From: Alphaproteobacteria bacterium | GTDB lineage: Bacteria > Pseudomonadota > Alphaproteobacteria > UBA828 | Length of the DNA stretch: 64,000 nt | Direction of reading: 5' to 3' | NCBI GenBank assembly: GCA_963422645.2 | Contig: CAXXVO010000009.1 | Span: 128,001 to 192,000 of the forward strand | Shown: positions 59,241 to 64,000 of the stretch, piece by piece | Numbering within the stretch: position 1 is the stretch's first letter | Layout of the letters: each line of letters begins with the position of its first letter | Made by a program: the position numbers and the translations under genes | Notes under the pieces: model-generated | Told to the model about the DNA's origin: nothing | What the model saw: the letters and a program-made list of their open reading frames with translations, nothing else | The model's database searches: none

Positions 59241-59591
59241 CTTGACAAAAAATCCCCATAAAAGGGCCGGGCGGTGGAGCGGCGCATCATGGGGCGGCAA
59301 GCACTGCGCTATATGTTAAGGAGACACCAGCGGCCCGGAGCAGTAGCCGGCGGGTGCGGTCGAGACGGTCGGTTTGGCGGGATCGCTTCTGAGCACCGGG
59401 TCATCGCCATCCGGCGCGGCAGGGCCTGGGTGCTTGACCACCCGCGATGCAGTGGATCGCCTCCGGCGCCGATCGACACCTTAGGGTCTTGCGGGGACAC
59501 CCCGATTGGACGAGCACATGGACCCGCCGGGCAACCGGCTCCGGGTTATGCGGCGCGATGTGCTTTGACCGGCGGTGTACGAGGGATTTCC

Positions 59592-61480
59592 GTAACTGCC
59601 CAGGTCGTCTGATTTGTCATTTTGGGCCAGTGGATTGAGGCGTTTCTCGTTCGGAGTTGGTGGAAAGGGCTTGACGGGAATTTCGGGAAATGACTCAACA
59701 ACGACATGAGCAATCCCGAGTCGCCGCGCGGCCCTTCGACGGGAGCAGCGCCCGAAACGCCCGCGCAGAAGATCGCCCGCCTGGAGGAGGAGAACGCCCG
59801 GCTTCGGGAGGAAAATGCCTGGCTTCGGCAGCAGAACGCGCGGCTGGAAGAGCAAGTCGCGCGTCTCGTCGAGCGCATCGAGGAGTTGGAGCGCCGTCTC
59901 GGCCTCAACAGCGGCAACAGCGGCAAGCCGCCTTCGAGCGATGGGCTGAGGAAGCCGAATTCGAAGCGGCGAACCCGAAGCCTGCGCGGCAAATCGGGCC
60001 GCAAGCCCGGTGGCCAGCCCGGCCACAAGGGCAAGACGCTGCGCCGCGCCGATCACCCGGATCGGGTGAAGGATCACGTCCCGGCTTCCTGCAAGGGATG
60101 CGGTTCGCCGCTTTCGGACGCGGCCAGGGCGGGAACGCCCGTCGCCCGCCAGGTGTTCGATCTGCCCGAGCCGAGCCCCCTGGAGGTGACCGAGCACCGG
60201 GCGCATGCCAAGTGCTGCGGGCATTGCGGGACGGTGACCCGGGCGGCGTTCCCCGACGGGGTGTCGGCGCCGGTGCAGTACGGCCCGCGCATTGCCGGGG
60301 TGGCGGTCTACCTTCAGCACGCTCACTTCCTGCCGGAGGATCGGCTGTCGCAGGTGATGGCCGAGCTCTTCGGCGCGCCGGTGACGGCTGCGACGTTGGC
60401 GACGATGAGCGAGAGGGCGGCCGAGCGGCTTGCGGGACGCGGCCTTGCACATACAGGACCTGGCGGCGGGCACGGCGCGGGTGAAACACATGGACGAGAC
60501 CGGCTTGCGGATCGGCGGTCAGACGCAGTGGCTTCATGTGATCTGCACGCCGCTGCTGGCGGCGTACCGGGTCAGCGGCAAGCGCGGCGCCCTGCTCTCG
60601 GGTGTCTCCGGCATCGTCGTGCACGATCACTGGAAGCCGTACTTCGCGATGGAAGGGGTGGAGCACGGCCTGTGCAACGCCCATCACCTGCGGGAGTTGC
60701 AGGCGCTGGTGGACATCGAAGGGGAGGCTTGGGCCCGGCGGATGCAGCAGCTCCTGCGCCGAGCCAATCACGCCGCCCGCATCGCGCTGGACAAGGATAT
60801 CGCCGTTCCGGCGAGGCTTGTGGCGCTGATCGAGCGCCGATACGACGAGATCATCGCCGATGCGCTGGCCTTTCACGAGAGCCAACCACCGTTCTCGCCT
60901 GGCAAGAGGAAGAAGCGCCGGAAGCGAAGGATCGGTCACAATCTGGCCTTGAGGCTGCGCGACCACAAATGCGCGGTGCTCCGGTTCCTGATCGACCTCG
61001 AGGTCGGGTTCACGAACAACGAGGCCGAGCGCGACCTTCGGATGATGAAGCTGCGCCAGAAGATCTCCGGGGGCTTCCGGTCCGCGCAGGGGGCCGAGAA
61101 CTTCGCCATCCTGCGCAGCGTCATCACCACCGCCAGAAAGCAGGGCTGGAATATCATCGAAGCCCTGACCAGCCCATCGGATCGGCTCATCGCCACCGTC
61201 AAGTGCGCGTAAGCTCACCTGGCACGGGTTCTCCAACAGCGGAGCCATTCTCATAAACGATCATGGTCGACGCCGTGCTGGACCACCCCATAGAATGAAA
61301 ATCGGTGCCCGTCGCGCGGGCGGACTTCGGGCCACATCGGGGTAGCTTACCGGTCGCAGTCCGCAAGAGGGGCATCGTGAGCTGTGAAACCCGGCGACCC
61401 CAGAGGAGCACACGGGCGTCGCGTGGGTAGCGTTGTGCCGAATCCCAGAGAATTTTCACAGCAAGAACCTGGGCGGTTAC
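59592..61480 (+). mobile_element. IS66-family (ISBst12-like) element
   Basis: IRs GTAAC(T/C)GCCCAGGT. 8-bp duplication GGATTTCC at 59584-59591 and 61481-61488. Confidence 0.93.
59706..61212 (+). pseudogene. IS66 transposase with frameshift near 60430
   Basis: The N-half (SGKPPSSD, GGQPGHKG) and the C-half (HMDETG, CNAHHLREL, TNNEAERDLR) are in different frames. Confidence 0.88.
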
Positions 61481-62105
61481 GGATTTCCTTGCGGCAAATT
61501 TGCGGAGGGCCTTGATTTTTGGGCTTGCATTGGCGGCTTGCTTGTGGCGTGCTTGTTGGACGGCACACTGGACGGCAAGGAGGATGCCGTAAGGATGTGC
61601 ATGGAGGCTGCGGCGACACGGGGCGGAGACCCTGGACGGCCTTGGGTGGGTTCCATGGTTTCCCGGCATGACGGGCGGCGGAGACTGTCTGCTATGGTTC
61701 GGGGTATCTCTGGGAAGGACCTCTTGGAGGTACTGTGTTGATTTGCAACGCTATGGACATTGCCCGAGTCGTTATGTACGCTGGCGGTTGGAGTTCAACA
61801 ATGCGAGGCCTCCGGGCGAGGCCTCTTCAAAGGAGAGCCTCGGGGTAGGGAATAAGGTACGCCCCGTGATTTCCAAGTGAAGTCAGCCACTTAGCCACAG
61901 AATCCACCCCTCTCATCGGCCCCCGGAATCGCCCGCCGTAATCACTGCGCAAGCGAGTGAATTCCAACTCCAGCGTAGCCCAGCGTACGCCTGTCGTGCC
62001 GAACCCGCTTCGCAAACCCGGAATGTAAGCGTTCCGAGAAGCCGTGGAGCGGGGCCTGCGCTTAGCGGCACGCCAACGTGCGGCCGATCATGACCGAGTG
62101 AGATT

Positions 62106-62987
62106 CTAACGGTTCAGGGCACGTTTCCAATCCCGTCGCAGAGGCCTTAGCCAGATGTCTTTCCTGGGTTTGTCGTAGAGCTTGTCCCGGTCGTAGCGCC
62201 CACGCCCCTGGGTGGTCCCGACGGGGATCCAGCCCGAGGCCCTGTAGACGGCGCCGGTGTAGCGCGGGGTCTCGACGAAGGTCTCGATGAGCACGGGCGT
62301 GGTGTTGTAGCGCTCGGTCCAGTCCTCAGGCAGGCGGCGGCGCACGAGAGCCAGGATGTGTGAGCCGAGGTTGGGAATCTCGATCCACGGCAGAATCAGG
62401 AACCTGGGGTTGTCCACCACCAGGGGGAGGTTCTTCTCGCGCTTCTGCGCCGTCCATCCGATGAAGTTGTCGCGCGGGGCGAGCTTCCAGGCGGCGGTGG
62501 AGAAGCCAAGCATGGCCAGCGGCCAGCCGTTGCGATCATGGACGGCGTAGCGCATCTGGGCGCCGACCAGGGTCTTGTATCCGAGGTAGTGGTAGCGGGC
62601 GACGAACTCGTTCCACAGCTTGCCCTCGCGCGTCTCGCGCACGACGGTGCGCAGGTCGAGCGGGCGGACCTCGCCGAGGGTGGTCGGTGCCGGGAACAAC
62701 GGCGGCTCGGTTTCCGGTCCGAAGACGATGGGTCTGGGCCGGTGCTTCCGCCCCCTCGGCGGCGGCAGGGCGATCACGCCGTCGCGGTCCATGGCGAGCA
62801 TGGTGACCCGGGCCATCATGTCCTTGAGGCCGCCGTCGGGCTTGAACCAGCCGATGCGCCGGCAGAACTCTCTCGACAGGGCCGCTCGGGTGGGCTGCGG
62901 ATCGGTGGCGATCAGGGCGCGCAGCAGCGCCATCTCATCGGCGGTGAAGTCGCGTCCGTAGTAGCGGCACTCGACGGCGCCGCTCAT
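62106..62987 (-). CDS. DUF4338 (DruA-like) domain protein
   Basis: RYYGRDF, WNEFVARYHYLGY...VGAQMRY, RD.FIGW, RFLILPW and PVLIETFVE...YTG..YRASGW..VG.T.GRGR. Confidence 0.88.
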   Translation of the reverse strand: MSGAVECRYYGRDFTADEMALLRALIATDPQPTRAALSREFCRRIGWFKPDGGLKDMMARVTMLAMDRDGVIALPPPRGRKHRPRPIVFGPETEPPLFPAPTTLGEVRPLDLRTVVRETREGKLWNEFVARYHYLGYKTLVGAQMRYAVHDRNGWPLAMLGFSTAAWKLAPRDNFIGWTAQKREKNLPLVVDNPRFLILPWIEIPNLGSHILALVRRRLPEDWTERYNTTPVLIETFVETPRYTGAVYRASGWIPVGTTQGRGRYDRDKLYDKPRKDIWLRPLRRDWKRALNR

Positions 62988-63406
62988 TTCGGCGCCATGA
63001 ACTCGCGCTTGCGCTCCTCGCTCATCGACCATGGCAGCCACGGCTCGAGGTCCTCGGGCGGCTGTCGACCGTTCTCGGCGCAGGCCTTCAACCACGCCTC
63101 CAGCCAGCGCAGCACGTCAATGCCGTTCATCGAGAGCGTGCCGACGACCGAGTACATCATCGCCGTGAACTCGGCACCCTTCTCGCTGTCGGAACCGAAG
63201 CTGAGCCCCCGCCCTATTGCCGGAGCGCGCAAGACCCTCTCGGCAAAATTATTCGTCAGAGGCACTTGCGGGTGGTCGACGAAGACGCACAGCCCCTCGC
63301 GATGGTTGAGAAGCGAGCGCAGTGCCTTGCCTTCGCGCGCGTGCTCCGGCAGAGCGGCCAGCTCTGCCTTGGCGTGAGCAAACAGGCTGTCGAGCGCCTT
63401 CTTCAG
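62984..63406 (-). pseudogene. IS66 TnpC C-terminal fragment
   Basis: NHREGL.VF...P.VPLTNNFAERVLR...IGR..SFGS.S..GA and terminal WLPW. Confidence 0.85.
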
Positions 63407-64000
63407 TGTTGTTAAGCGTGGAAAAGTGACCCCCTATTGGGGGTGATCGGCGTCCAAAATTGACCCCCTTGGATTTGTGTCCATGAACACACCTCGTCGT
63501 TTGGACGGACGGGGTGGTGGGGGAGATGCTGGTTGTGGAAACGATCGCGAAGATCCGTCGGGATCATCTGGTGAAGGGCGTTCCGATCAAGAAGCTCGCC
63601 CGGGATTTGAGGGTTTCCAAGAACACGATACGCAAGGTGGTGCGGGGCGATGCGACCTCGCACAGCTACGAGCGCAAGATCCAGCCGATGCCGAAGCTTG
63701 GGCTGTGGGTGGAGGAGCTTGAGCGCCAGCTGAAGGCCAACGAGAAGAAGGCACGCAAGGATCGGCTGTCTCTTCTGCGGATTCATGAAGACCTTGTGTC
63801 GCTGGGCTACAAGGGCGGCTATGACGCGGTTCGCCGCTATGCCAGGGCCTGGCGGCGCCGGTGGCGGCTGTTGTCGCCGGCGCAGGCCTATGTGCCGCTG
63901 ATCTTCGATCCCGGCGAGGCCTACCAGTTCGACTGGAGCCACGAGTACGCGCGTCTGTCGGGCGCGACGACCAGGGTGAAGGCGGCGCACATGCGGCTGT
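63407..64000 (+). mobile_element. istA: IS21 element copy 2 (left end and 5' istA; runs off the window)
   Basis: Identical by inspection to the sequence starting at 45729. Confidence 0.93.

Larger units (their letters stand above)
57714..59264 (+). mobile_element. IS110-family (IS1111-type) element
   Basis: Subterminal IR TATGGGG (57720) / CCCCATA (59254-59260), AG core at both junctions, TTGACA near the right end and a long 3' non-coding region. Confidence 0.78.
62025..63406 (-). mobile_element. Right part of an IS66 element carrying a DUF4338 gene, cut by IS21
   Basis: GTAAGCGTTCC end at 62025. The tnpC 3' end is coupled to the DUF4338 gene. Confidence 0.72.

Noticed and set aside
57700-59272. 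AGGGCCGGGC as a 10-bp target duplication of the IS110 element
   Set aside because: Better explained by a pre-existing 14-bp tandem repeat plus a 2-bp AG core. IS110-family elements do not make long duplications.
60415-60445. Programmed frameshift in the IS66 transposase
   Set aside because: No slippery run, and the homologue at 573-2114 is continuous across this region. Mutation or sequencing error is more likely.
61489-62024. Possible tRNA/att site or ncRNA for the integrase pair
   Set aside because: Only short hairpins; no cloverleaf and no repeat matching the region upstream of the integrases could be found by eye.
53291-62987. Druantia anti-phage system
   Set aside because: Only DUF4338 domains inside IS elements; no DruE helicase or other dru genes.
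45729-64000. IS21 composite transposon or cointegrate
   Set aside because: Inner flanks (GTCTCG vs CTTCAG) are not duplicated, and the outer right end is outside the window, so this cannot be supported.

Overview
High-GC, probably alphaproteobacterial window (inferred from gene content and REP type; possibly host-associated). A catabolic core (~9.8-45.7 kb) lies between two heavily nested mobile-DNA graveyards. The core has an Fe-alcohol dehydrogenase, a GNAT/DUF1778 toxin-antitoxin pair and a type I secretion pair with a nonsense codon in the adaptor. It also has an hmfABCDE-like 2-furoate operon, preceded by a dienelactone hydrolase and continuing into nickel-pincer cofactor genes larC-larE-larB with no larA, plus a peptide-family ABC importer with one degenerate ATP site, two tandem MHPCO-like flavin oxygenases and assorted enzymes. 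The left end holds an adenine methyltransferase abutting an IS66 transposase, two truncated HTH-led transposases, a Mu-like remnant (TGT end, MuF with nuclease-like tail, portal fragment), an IS4 fragment and an IS1634. The right end holds two IS21 copies and a TbpB-like lipoprotein gene split by an IS4/DUF4338 element, itself split by a 2.8-kb large serine recombinase element. It also has tandem tyrosine integrases, an IS1111-type element with a visible target-matching guide, and two IS66 elements. Top leads: (1) the serine recombinase element, whose excised circle would build an RBS+ATG in frame for its first gene; (2) larCEB coupled to a furoate operon without larA; (3) DUF4338 carried by two unrelated IS families. 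All calls are by-eye motif recognition; no database searches were run.
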